A program made the translations under genes and the position numbers. Shown here piece by piece: positions 1 to 12,573 of a stretch of DNA of 64,000 nucleotides; positions within the stretch are counted from its first letter, which is position 1; the number at the start of each line of letters is the position of its first letter. Below the pieces are notes generated by a model, which was given only the letters and a program-made list of their open reading frames with translations, was not told the DNA's origin and did not search any database. Source of the DNA: Octopus sinensis (taxonomy: Eukaryota); assembly GCF_006345805.1 (NCBI RefSeq), contig NC_043022.1:16368001-16432000 (forward strand), in the 5' to 3' direction.

Positions 1-1152
1 ATATATATATCTGTGTATCTGTACTTGTGTGTATGTACAAATCTGAACATATATAAATATATATACACATATATATATATACATGTATATGTATGTAAAT
101 ATATATGTGTGTGTGTGTAACATTTTTATTTACCAAGTTAATTACCAAGAAATTTCATGTATTTGGTTTCTTTCTTTGAATAAAAAATGTTAATGTTTTG
201 TTTCTGCTTTCTGGCTTTCCTCAATGGGCATTAGTTTGATTTAAGAAAACAAAAACAAACAACAACCAAAAACGGAAAAGAAATTAATTATTTCATGTAT
301 GCATATGCTTTTCTTGATAAGAAAGCATATATTTACTCATTCTTATCCTCTAAAATACAAACACACACACACACCACACACACACACACAATAATAAGAT
401 ACACATGCACACACACACACATACACCCCCCCCCCCGTCGCAATATAATCACAGTTGCTCCTATAATAACGTTGCTATTTTTGTGTCTGAGCATTAACCA
501 CCCTTGCTATATTTACATCTGGCAATTGTTGAGTAAATAATGGTGAAAGTTAGCAATTAACATTGAAGAATGGAATGCCATAAGAGACAGTCTCCAACAG
601 GTGGCAGCGGACGTGGTGCTGGTGGTGGTGGTGATAGAATACTTTTAGGAAATGAAACCAATATATGTTGACAGGATTTAGTTCCCCATTAAAAGCTGAT
701 AATTAGTACAGTAACAGCATAATTAAATGTTACCATGAAACCATAGAATTGTATAGATTAATAAATTAAACTGGCCACAAAAGTGAACACATTTTGTCCA
801 AAAGGTTTCTGACCTCAGCCAGTACATCAGCTGCCAAATACACGCTCCCACTTGCTAGAACAAGGCACTGTCTAGTGCAGCTGCACTAACTCATAAACAC
901 AGTTTGGCTTTATCAAAGTTAATATGGCTATTTACACAGGCGTATTAGTAACTTATCTGATCTATTGATTGATAATTACTTATCGTTATTATCATTACCA
1001 ATTTAGCAGGAGCTGGACAATTCTATGAAACTCTGTTACCAATTTTACTCTGTGGAAACTATGATTCTAAGATTCAATGTGATAACTCAAACCATGCAGT
1101 AAAGAACTGTGTCAGACGTTTCTTGCAATAATACAATTTCTACACTCAAGGT

Positions 1153-1545
1153 AGAGGCATGGCTGTGTAGCAAGAAGCTTCTGGGTTCAGTCCCTCTGTG
1201 GCACCTAGTGCAATTGTTTTTACTATAGACTCGGGTCAACCAAAGCCTTGTGAGTGGATTTGGTAGATGGAAACTGAAAAGAAGCCCATCATGTGTGTGT
1301 GTGTGTGTTTTACTGTTTTCTTGACATTGCATGATAGTTGTAAAGGGGCCAATATTGTCATGCAAGTGGTGACCTTCGTTTCCCATCCTTGAAAATGCTT
1401 GGTCATAGGGAAATATTACCTTACTTAGAAACAAGTGAGGGTTGATGACAGGAAGGGCATCCGGCCATAGAAAATCCGCCTTAAATTCCATCCGACCTGT
1501 GCAAGTATGGAAAATTGAATGCTAAAAATGACGATGAAGATGAAG
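1153..1545 (+). mobile_element. tRNA-derived SINE, CORE-like head family, variant ending in an (ATG)n-type tail
   Basis: Head GGCATGGCTGTGTAG...GGTTCAGTCCC..GTGGCACC, then CCTTGTGAGTGGATTTGGTAGATGGAAACTG, internal (TG)n, tail GGAAGGGCATCCGGCCATAGAAAATC...AAATGACGATGAAGATGA. The head recurs more than 10 times in the window. Confidence 0.8.
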
Positions 1546-3180
1546 CTGGTACTTTTAGAATTTAAGCTATAACCTGTCCTATTTTATTTGTTAAACTCTG
1601 TGCCACTGGAACTTGCTTCCTTTACAAATTTCGCTCTTTATACAGATTTGGTAATTTATTGATATGTTTTTTGTTTTTTTTAAATATAAAATTATAAGAG
1701 GAAGACAGTAAAATTACTTTCTGTCCTCCTGCATCCCCATCTCTCATAATTTGAGATGTTTCCAATGTCATCCCCCCCCCCAACCACCACCACCACCTCT
1801 GCCATCTCTTTTCCAACTTGTTTGCTTAACTACAGGTATTGATATATCTTCTCCTGCTTCTTTTCCTGTTAAATGAACTTTGCTTTTGGAAAATATTGAT
1901 TTGAACCCTGATGAGTTGGGCTGATGGTGGGAAGAGGTTGATATTGGATTGCCTTTCTAGGAAACAGGGTTACTCTTACATGCTTGTTCCATGAATCATG
2001 CTGTAACGAGAGATGGATTGCTGTCAAAAAATGTTGCTATGAACTTGTAAAACAGGAGCTAGCTTATTGAAAAATTGTAGCTTGGTGTTCACTGACTATC
2101 ACGAAAATCTTTAATCAAAATATACATTTAGTTATAAAAGGTGAAAGTATCTTATTTTTCTTAGTGTTATTTGTAATGAAATAACTCTGATAGTTTCTCT
2201 TGATAAACCTATATAATATTAAACAGTTATTTATTGTTTTTTAGTGATAATTTGTCATGCAGGCTGATCATAAATATTAAAATCAGATTGGTTGGTGTTT
2301 GTATGTAAAGAAGTAAAATGAGTTATTTATGATACCCATTCAACCATAGATTGACAGACAGACAGACTCTGTCTGTGTGTGTGTATGTGTGTGTGTGTGT
2401 GTGTGTGTTTGAAGCTTTCCATACCTATAATTTCATATTTCCAAGTCCCCAAAGACAGTGGTTGATGTGTTCCTGCAGTTATGAACTGTTATTTACATTG
2501 CTGTACATATTAACCAACTGTACATTCTTTTTTTATTTCAGAGAAATATGTACCAAGCACTAGAAATATGTTTTATTAATAACATTTATTGCCCTGTCCT
2601 CATAGATGCGTGTATTCATTAGTTTAATGTCTGTTTTTCCCAGCTGGGTTGAATGGGGACTTATTCTGTAACACCATTATATAGCCAAATGCCCTTCTAG
2701 ATGCCTTACCTGGGTTTTGGGAAATGTTTTTATCCTGCGGGTCCTTGAATGCACAAAGCAACCAGTTGTAATGTTAAGGAACATAAGCATCATATCTGTT
2801 TCACTTACACACACACACACACACACAAATGTTGGGCTTCCTTACAGTTTTCTCTACTATTTTTTCTTGCACGGCATTGGTCAGCATTGGGCTATAGTGA
2901 AAGACACTTGCCCAGGGTGTCCTACAGGAAAACTAAACCTGAAACCACTGGATTACAAAGCAAGTTACTTTGCCACACAACAGGCAGTTTAGCTTAATGA
3001 TAAAGCACTCAGCCAGAGTCTTTCAGGGACATGGGTTCAAGTCCCGTGGATGGTTGTTGACAGTTTTCTTCTTTGTAAGGGTAATTAACCCAGTATTTCT
3101 GCTGTTCTAACAGCAATTCTGCATTTGAAAAAATATCATCTTATTTGCATTATATATATATGTATGTACATACATCATAT

Positions 3181-3224
<44 letters not shown>

Positions 3225-3282
3225 CAAAAGTCTGGTTGCAGAAAATTTTTCTTGAATTTTTTTGCTACCCTATATTGATAAA

Positions 3283-3314
<32 letters not shown>

Positions 3315-3320
<6 letters not shown>

Positions 3321-3515
3321 CATCATCATCATCATCATCATCACCACCATTTAACATCCGTTGTACATGCTGGCATGGGTTGGATGGTTTGACTGGGCTG
3401 GCATGCTGGAAGGCTGATTTGGCATGATTTTCTCTGGCTGGATGCCCTCCCTAATGCCAACCACTCTGAGAGTGTAATAGCTGCTTTTATGCTCTCAGAT
3501 TGGTTGGCGTTAGGA
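3315..3515 (-). mobile_element. 3' part of the (TGA)n-tailed retroposon family
   Basis: (CAT)n followed by TTTAACATCCG...CATGCTGGCATGGGTTGGATGG...GGATGCCCTCCCTAATGCCAACCAC. The same block is seen at ~5080-5265(+), 9009-9112(+), 14485-14590(+), 19165-19250(-), 33903-34130(-), 35855-35955(+), 56437-56660(-) and 60260-60428(+). Confidence 0.8.
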
Positions 3516-3534
3516 AGGGTATATATACATACAT

Positions 3535-3574
<40 letters not shown>

Positions 3575-5629
3575 ACATACATATGGCGGTGTGGTAAAAA
3601 GTTTGCTTTCCAACCGCATTGTTCTGGGTTCAGTCCCACTGTGAATCAACTTGGATAGGTGTCTTCCCCTATAACGTCAGCCTTGTGAGTGGATTTGGTA
3701 GACAGAAACTGTATGTGTGTGTGTTTATGTCTCTGTAACTTAGCAGTTCAGCAACAGAGAATGATAGAATAAGTAGCAGGCTTTAAAAAAAAATGATCAA
3801 CAGGGTCAATTCATTCAACTAAAATTCTTCAAGGCCCCAGCATGACCGCAGTCTAATGACTGGAACAAGTAAAAAAGGTAATAGATAAAGAGATATATTT
3901 ATATAAAACTTTAAAAATACCCTTCGAAAGGTTGGCAACAAGAAGAGAAACTCTCCCAACTCATGATAACAAAGAGAAATAGATGTTAAACAAATGCATG
4001 TGTATTTATCATTTCTGTTGCTGTAACCATCATTATATACATTATATAATAGGGTGTAGCTCTGTTATGCATTATTACTATATGTACACCTTTCTGACAC
4101 TGTGGTCTCACAGGGGTTACATTTATACAAACCAAACTGTGTATAATATCGAATTAATATGATCATGTCATCTCGTATATAATTATAAATGATCTCTGAT
4201 GTGATATCGTTGCTTTTGTTTTGTTTCTTTCTTTTCATCTGCAAGCTTATAACTTCCAGCCGTAGTTGTGGGTGAGGTGGAAAAACCAAACAATGCATTT
4301 CCAATCTCGACGATAGAAAACAAAAATCATTAGATAAATCCTGCCTTGAAAGAGTTAAACAAGAACAGATTAGCTGTCAAGAGGGATTAAGCCATTGTTT
4401 CTGTTCCTCTCGCTAGGATCTCTCCTGAGTGGCTACTTTAAAACATGGACATAACCTGTGTCCATTAACACATGACATATGCCATTAAAAATACAAAATC
4501 TTCTCCTTTTCTTATCTTCTCGTTTATCGATCAGTCTTCTTGATTTAGTTTGGTTTTTCTTCCTACCATAGTGATATAATTAGATACACAGTAGTTCGTG
4601 AAGGTGTGTGTGTGTGTCAAATGGATTTAAAATATAGCCAGACCTAAAAATCTTTATTCTATTTAGGTGAACATACATTGAATCTGGTGAAAGAGAAGAG
4701 ACAAAGCACAGTCCTACCTATTGTTACACTGGCATCTCCCTTTCTTCCCCTTCAGGCATTCAGTGTTTGTGTGTGTGTGTGTGCATGTTCGTGTGTGCAT
4801 ATATTTAGAAATCTGCTCCAGACAATGTGTAGTTCTCCTTCCGTTGACTTGTAGCCAAATGTGTGTTGCTATTGTACGTGGACATTTTCAACACACAACA
4901 CTGCTATATTACTTGTACTTTGTTCTCCAAGCTCATAAAGATGTAAAGCCAAATAAATTTTAGACAAGATTACAATAAAAAAAGGAAACACATAATATAA
5001 AAATTAGGGTAATCTAGTATTTAATCTCCCATTCTTTCATGTTATCAACTCAGACACCCACAGTTATTATTTAGATGATGTAAAAAGCACCCACTTCACT
5101 CATGGAGTGGTTGGCGTTAGGAAGGGCATCCAGCTGTAGAAACATTGCCAGATCAGACTGGGCCTGGTGCAGCCTCCTGGCTTCCCACACCCCAGTTGAA
5201 CCATCCAACCCATGCTAGCATGGAAAGCGGACGCTAAACGATGATGATGATGATGATGATGATGTTATAATTAATAAGTTGAGTTTTTTTGTTTTGTTTT
5301 TTTGTTTGTTAATTCTTGTTCGTTACCATAACTTTTAATTCTTAATAATGACAAATAAAAATTTTGAATTTAGGGTTTTTTCACCAACACTGCTTGTAGT
5401 TATTGTTGTTCACTGGCATCACTGATAGTTACCCTACCCAGCCACAAACTCAGGTTGTTACATGAAATATCAATTAAATTTTATTAAAATGTAAAACATT
5501 GCAATAATATGTAAATAAAAGAAATTATGTTTGAATATTGCTATAATTTCTGTAATATCAATGGAACTGAATTTATATGTATATAAAAAAAGGGAATTCA
5601 CTTGACATTAAGAAGTTATTGATATCTAG

Positions 5630-5815
5630 CAGTGCTCTGCAATCTTTATCCACCTGTGGTACACTGATATTCTTTCCAAAATTCAGTGGCACACCTGAAC
5701 TAAAAATACAACTAAAAATATAGGGAAACAAATTATATTCAGGTTATACTGTGGCACACCTAGCATCGTCTTGTGGCACATCAGTGTGCCATGGCATACT
5801 GTTTGTGGAACATTG
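5630..5815. mobile_element. degenerate hAT-like MITE
   Basis: Imperfect termini CAGTGCTCTGCAA ... TTGTGGAACATTG (9/13 match), with repeated GTGGCACA/GTGTGCC subterminal motifs typical of hAT-type non-autonomous elements. Confidence 0.4.
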
Positions 5816-5836
5816 ATATATATATATATATATATG

Positions 5837-6138
5837 TGGAGGTGCAATGGCCCAGTGGTTAGGGCAGCGGAATCGCGGTCGTAGGATCGCGGTTTCGATT
5901 CCCAGGCCGGGCGTTGTGAGTGTTTATTGAGCGAAAACACCTAAAGCTCCACAAGGCTCCGGCAGGGGGTGGTGGTGATCCCTGCTGTACTCTTTTGCCA
6001 CAACTTTCTCTCACTCTTTCTTCTGTTGGCCTGCTCGCTTAGCCAGCAGGGTGGCGTCATTTGAAGGCTAAAACAATGCGAAGCGCATTGTGACCAGCGA
6101 TGTGTAACAACATCTGATGGCCTGGTTGGTCACGGTGA
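5837..6138 (+). mobile_element. tRNA-derived SINE, head H1 + tail A, inserted in (TA)n
   Basis: A box TGGCCCAGTGG, B box GTTTCGATTCC; tail GAAGGCTAAAACAATGCG...TGTGACCAGCGATGTG...GGTCACGGTGA; (TA)n on both sides. Confidence 0.9.
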
Positions 6139-7161
6139 TATATATGTATAGTGAGATGTTATCATCATTTAATTGATGGTGAAGTCTAGGTAGTTAAGGT
6201 TACTTTGCCACCATGTGGTTTTGGTACAGCCCTACTGCATGGCACCTTGGACAAGTGTTTGCTACTATAGCCCTGCACCGACCAATGCCTTGAGAGCAAA
6301 TTTGATTCTATGTGTGGAATCCTGTTGTGAATTTGAACTGTTTGGTATCCTGTGGCATGTGTGTGTGTTTGTGTCTGTTCTTCCTCGCCACCTGACAACT
6401 GGTGTTAGTTTTTTGCAGTTCAGCCAAAAAGACAGATGGAGTAATTACCAGACCTGAAAATAAGTCCTAGGGTCAATTTGTTCAAGTAAGCCCTTCATGG
6501 TGGTGCACCAGCATAGCCACAGCCCAATAACTGAAAGAAAGTAAAATGTAAAACGTAATTGAAAATAGAGAAATCTTGTCTTGAGACTAGTTCTGTGTTA
6601 TGCTGGATAGTTTGGAAAGGAGACTAACTGAATGGATATTTGCCAGGAAATTGACCAGAAGCAGAGTTTCAGTCATTGAAACAGATCCACCACGAGCTGT
6701 CTAATTAACCAAAAACAAATAAAAAACCCATTAAAATAAATGTTAGATAATAATTATAGTTAGATGGAGCTACAGCAGTGGGAGAGGATTTTTGATACAT
6801 TTTTTTATGAATCCTGTTAATCTTCTTTCGTATAAGATTTTGCTTGGAAGTTTAACTGGAATGTCAACCATTCTAATATGGTCACCTGAGTTTGACTGCA
6901 TTGCTGGTTCATAGAAAAATATTCATAAAAATGCAACCTTTGATGTGTTGTGTGAATGAAAATCTGTTTCATGTAGGTTCATCGAGATGAAGAACAAGGG
7001 GAGAACGAATCACTCATTCCTCAAATAAGAGTATTACTTTAGATGTTAGATATTTGCTTTTTTTTCCCTGTACACATCAATCTTCTCCACTTTATCTTAG
7101 GTTTTACATTAGTCATTGATAATAAATATTACTATGAAACATTATTACATGTTTATTCCAA

Positions 7162-7244
7162 ATGTGTGTGTGTGTGTGCACGTGCTACTGTATCTACCAT
7201 TCTCCTTTTATTGGTCAAGGAATTATATCTGTGTGTGGTGTATG

Positions 7245-7280
<36 letters not shown>

Positions 7281-7385
7281 ACGTGCTACTGTATCTACCA
7301 TTCTCCTTTTATTGGTCAAGGAATTACATCTGTGTGTGGTGTATGTAGTATGTGTGTGTGTGTGTGTGTGGTGTGTGTGTGTGTG
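7162..7385 (+). repeat. two-copy ~101-bp tandem duplication bounded by (GT)n
   Basis: CACGTGCTACTGTATCTACCATTCTCCTTTTATTGGTCAAGGAATTA begins at both 7179 and 7280. Confidence 0.9.
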
Positions 7386-10300
7386 TTATTGTTATCAAAC
7401 GTGTCTTGTTTCCTCACATTATTTATCGGTGAAAGCAATGAAATAAGTCAATCATTTCTACCAGTAAACTTCAGCATTATACAAACTGTTGTGTCAATTT
7501 GATGTGAGCAATACATTGTGGAATTACAAACATAGCTTGCTTTAAGCAATCAGTTAAGGAGCAAAGAATTAGTTGATTGGAAAATTAGCACAAGAAAATC
7601 TGAATAGTTGTTCTACAAACAATTGTGATGTTTATATCGGAAGACTAAACAGTAGAGTTATTATTGTATGAGAGAATACATTCTCTGAAGTACAATATAC
7701 TTTCTTATTGCCTTTAAGCAACTAATTCTTCATACTATACAGTTTTTAGTATTGAGATGAACAGCATCTGTTGATGATTAATATTGCCTGTGAACATTAC
7801 AAATATTTAGAAAATATTAATATCTTTATCTTTCTCTTAACATCTTCCTCACCTTCTATATAATCCACCCACCCCCCTCTCTCGTTCTTGCTCAGTTTCA
7901 TCTTGTTTTAAACTACTATTTTAATATCTCCGCTTCATCAAGCTTATTTCCTTGTTTTAATTTTTGAAGGTGGATGTGTGTGTGTGTGTGTGTGTGAAGG
8001 AATGAGCTAGTGAAGACTGAGGGGATACAGATGAAAGGAATGATTTTTAAGGATGGGTTTAAACGAAACATACAGTGATAATTTTAATATTTCTATGCAA
8101 TTGTACCCAGTGTGTTATGTTTCTGGGTTCAAATCCTGGAGGATATTGTTTTACTTTTAATTCACGAAGCGTTAGGTACTGGTAACACAGTAAATAGCTA
8201 TGATATATATTATCCAATTTTATCTTACAAAAACTATTGCTGTACCCATTTCACTTAACATTGTTTAAAATGCTTGATTCACAAGCAATATTTTTAAAAT
8301 ACTTGAAGGCAAAATTGGAGTAGTTATGCAGATAACAATAATTAATAAAATGATAGAAAATATAAAAAAAAAAATAAAGAAACCTTGTTGCATGGAAATA
8401 TATTAATTTAACAATTTAATATTGGAAATTCATCAACGTATTTACAACCAGCCTCTTCAACATAAAGTGTTCTTACTGATTGTCACAACTGTCCAAAAAT
8501 GAGTTTAGAACCAAAAAAAATTTGATGAAATAAATTTAGAAGTTCAGATCATCGTTGGAGGATATTTTGTTGGAGATAAAAGAATAATTTGGAATCTCAA
8601 TAAGTAACCAAAACAAAACAAAAAAAAAACATGACAGTTTGAAAGCATGAATACCAATGATCTACCAGTTGTACTCTGTGGTCCAGGTATAGATATTTAT
8701 AACTTGGATTTAATAGCTGTATGCACCAACATTGCAGAACAAAGGACACCTAATCTGCCTTCAGTTCCTTTAGAAACAGCTACAAAGTTCTGGTTAATTT
8801 CTAACATATGGTACTCAAGTTGTTACTGGAATTCTCTTCTAAGAATATGTAATTTTAGCAGAAGGACATAAAGGATCTTCCAGATGTAGAATGTTGACCA
8901 TTTTATCTCTAAAGAATCCAAAATTAAAGATACTAAAATATCTGTGGATGGTATACTATGAAAGTACCAAAGTCCCTGATTTCTGTCACAAAATCTTTTG
9001 CAACAACAGAAGACTGGTGCAGGTTTCAGCCTAGCTGGCTCATGTGAAACCATCCCACCTATGCTAGCATAGAAGGCGGATGTTAAACGATGATGATGAT
9101 GATGATGATGATTGTCTTGGAAGTTAAACAAAGCACCCAGTGCTGAATATGTCTCCCAGAAGACCCTTCATCTGCTTTTAATTTATCTGAAGCTCTGTGT
9201 GTGTGTGTTTGTTTGACCAATTGTTCCCTGACACCTCTACTTGAAAATTGGTGTTGGTGTGTTTACATCCTTGTAACTTAGTGGTTCCTCATGTAGAGAA
9301 TGGATGGATAAATGCCAGATTTAATTCAAGTACTGTTGGTGGATTTTTTCAACTAAACCCTTCAATGCAGTGCTCCAGTATGACCACCATCAAATGTCTA
9401 AAACAAATGAGAGAGAAAAATAAGAAAAGACTTTAACCAAAGAGAAAAACTCCAGAATTAGATTTAGGTTTCCATTGTCATAATTTTTAATCCAATGTAA
9501 TCATAGATTAGGCATCATTAATTTTTTAATTACTGGTTTATTAATAATATCCTTCATGTCTTTCAGGTAATCTAAATTATTTCTCTCTCATGAAACTGAT
9601 CAGATTCTTTTCTCCTTTGTTTGTCAAAGTCTTATAAAATTTTAAAGTGGTTTTTGACTGACCTTTTACTTAATATTAATCTTAGATGTTCGTTACTGTC
9701 ATTGCATCATCATATGTGACAGTTCAGTGTCTCCTCCTCTAAAACAGTCTTGTTCTATATATCTTACTTCAGAAGTAGTACAACTTAATGTATGATGTCT
9801 TGATTTTTATCTGTGTACGTATGCTTGTGCAAACCCCTGTATCACACACACACACACACACGTGTCTTACATGCACTACATGCTAGCTTAATATTTTGAG
9901 AATTTAAAAGCACATTGTTTATTCTTCCTCTATTAATATTCCTGTATTCACATTTTTTATGTCAGCTCTCTTGGGTAATGGAGATTATCCTGTTTAATTC
10001 CACAGACATAAAACCTCTTCCATCCTCAATTTTGACTTCATATCAGTTCTTTTAACAAGGAAAAAGGAAAACAAAAAAAAAAGACAAGTCTACAAACAAG
10101 ATTAAAGTATCAGCTATTTCTTTCTATTGTTATTTATTTCTGGTCGTTATTTTCGTTCCATTCTCGGTACAAAACTTGACTTTGATTGCAACTAACAGAA
10201 CCGTAAGATTCAACTTCTTTCACTGTCCACCTGCTTCTTCTTCTGATTCTACTTTTCACTAGAAATGCTGTCTAATCTAAATGGAGTTCAAAGAATTTGT

Positions 10301-10612
10301 AGCTGCTGATGGACATTAAATATTTTCATCTTCATCATTGTCTGCAACAAGGCATGGCTGTGTGGTTTAGAAGTTTGGTTCTCGTCCACAGATTTTTGGT
10401 TTCAATCCCACTGCATTGCACTTTAGTCAAGTGTCTTCTGATTTAGTCTGGACTTTGTTTGACTAGTCTCTTGTGAGTTAAATTCAGTAGACAGAAATTG
10501 TATGGAAGCTTCTCATATGTATATATTTATATCATATTTGATATTTATACATATGTATAGATATATATATTCATGCATATATATAAATATAAATGTATGT
10601 ATATGTATAAAT

Positions 10613-10643
<31 letters not shown>

Positions 10644-10885
10644 CGTATGTATAAATACATACTTATATATATGTATAATATATATATATATATATAAAAT
10701 TTATATATATTAGTGTGTGTGCGTATTTATGTCCCCTGCAAAGAAATTGCCCCCATTTGGCAGGTTGGTATATGCAAACATGGCATAAATAAAGTTTAGT
10801 GTCAGCAAGGACATCTTACCGCAAGAAGTCCTTTCCACCCCATACCACCATGGGAAAGGCTGACAGAAAAAACAATGCTGATAAG

Positions 10886-11275
10886 TGCAGGCGTAGCTGG
10901 TGGTAAGAAGCTTGCTTCTTAACCACATGGTTCCAGGTTCAGTCTCACTACGTGGCATATTAGGCAAATGTCTTCTATAGCCTCAGGTTGACCAATGCTT
11001 TGTGAATTGTTTTGGTAAACGGAAACTGAAAGAAGCTTGTTGTATATATATATATGTGTGTGTGTGTGTGTATGTGTTTGTGTTTGACACAACCACCACT
11101 TGACAATTGGTGTTGGTGGGTTTACATCCCTGTAACTTACTGGCTTAACAAAAGACAGAGTAAGTATCAGACTTAAAGAAAAGTACCAGGATTGATTCAT
11201 TTGACTAAAAGTTCTTGAAGGCAGTGCCCCAGCATGGCCACAGTCTAATAACTGAAACCAGTAAGAGATAAAGGT
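10886..11275 (+). mobile_element. CORE-like-head SINE, near full length
   Basis: GCAGGCGTAGCTGGTGGTAAGAAGCTTGCTT...GGCAAATGTCTTCTATAGCC...(TA/TG)n...GCCCCAGCATGGCCACAGTC..ACTGAAAC. Other copies: ~2828-2985(-), 3585-3890(+), 6195-6550(+), 10350-10520(+), 20915-21258(+), 22322-22686(+), 23290-23702(+), 24360-24716(-). Confidence 0.85.
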
Positions 11276-12541
11276 GTGATGATGATGATTGTTTTCATTT
11301 TCCAAACCATTTCCATCTTCATAGTCATGACATCATCATCATCATCATCATCATTTACTTCTTTATTTTTATCTTTGACTTCAGAATGTTGACCTCTGCC
11401 AGTGTCATGTTCAATGTCTTCGTAATTAGTTTCTCCATCGTAATCTTTGTTTTCATCATCAACATTATTGTAATTATCTTAAACAGCGGCAATTTTATTG
11501 CTTTTGTTGCCATGACTGGTGTTTTCATCATTGACATCACCTTCATTACAATGTCCATTCACTTCCTCATCATTGCCATGTTTGTCAACATTGATTTCAT
11601 TTTCACCATCTTCCCTGTGTCATCTTTTCTTGCACCATCTTAGTATCATGCTATCAGCAGAAATTGCCAACACCCGTGTCATATTTAGTCAGTCTATAGT
11701 ACTCTATCATTCCTTATCTGCTTCAAAACTGAGTTTCACAAGAGTAATGGTGAAGAGTTGAAACTGAAATCCATCCTAACTATTACTGTACCAAACACCG
11801 AAATCTTCCTGTTTAGGCCATATTAGCTAAGATAAAGTACCAAAGAAGAATCAGTTCTTTGATTGTATTTCTAATAATTACCAACGTTCAATGCATTTGA
11901 TTGCATTGTGTAATTATCAAGTCATTATTTTATAACAGTGTGTTGTTCAGCCGAGCATTTCCCTTTAGGCCTGAGACTCTGCAGGAGTTATGGCTTTCTA
12001 TCAACTGTTTTATCTCTTTGCGCATTAATCTGCCTGACAAGAAAATATTGCTTGCCTAGGCTATTGACGTTTATAGTCTCATTGATTTAGTGTTTCATGT
12101 TTGATGAACCAATGCAATAAATATTGTTGGGTCTCACATATGTCATATGCTGAGTTGGGAAACATTGATTAACTGAGATGTTCATGTAGTAAGTAGATAC
12201 AAACTCCCATGATAGGTACTCAAAATCTGGAAACAACTGAGATATGAGCAAGCCATGGAAAGTATGGAAGTGGGGTCTGGTCTTTAGAGCAATGGACATA
12301 TTTCAGCCCTATCGGACCTCTTCAGTGGAAACATAGTACTTGGTTGGCAAGACTAAGATTGATCAATATATCCTTTTTGCAATAATAAAAATTATTACAA
12401 TATGGACTTTGAGCTGCTGTGTGATGACCCCATAAACCAAGAATGAATTTATGTTAGTGTGTCTATAAAAGCTAGCTTCAAATTTACATATCCAGTTTCC
12501 ATTTTGTTATCCTTTTCAGTTAGGGTTAGAGAATTATATAT

Positions 12542-12573
<32 letters not shown>

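Noticed and set aside
873-888. Perfect 16-bp palindrome TAGTGCAGCTGCACTA
   Set aside because: About one is expected by chance in 64 kb (64000/4^8).
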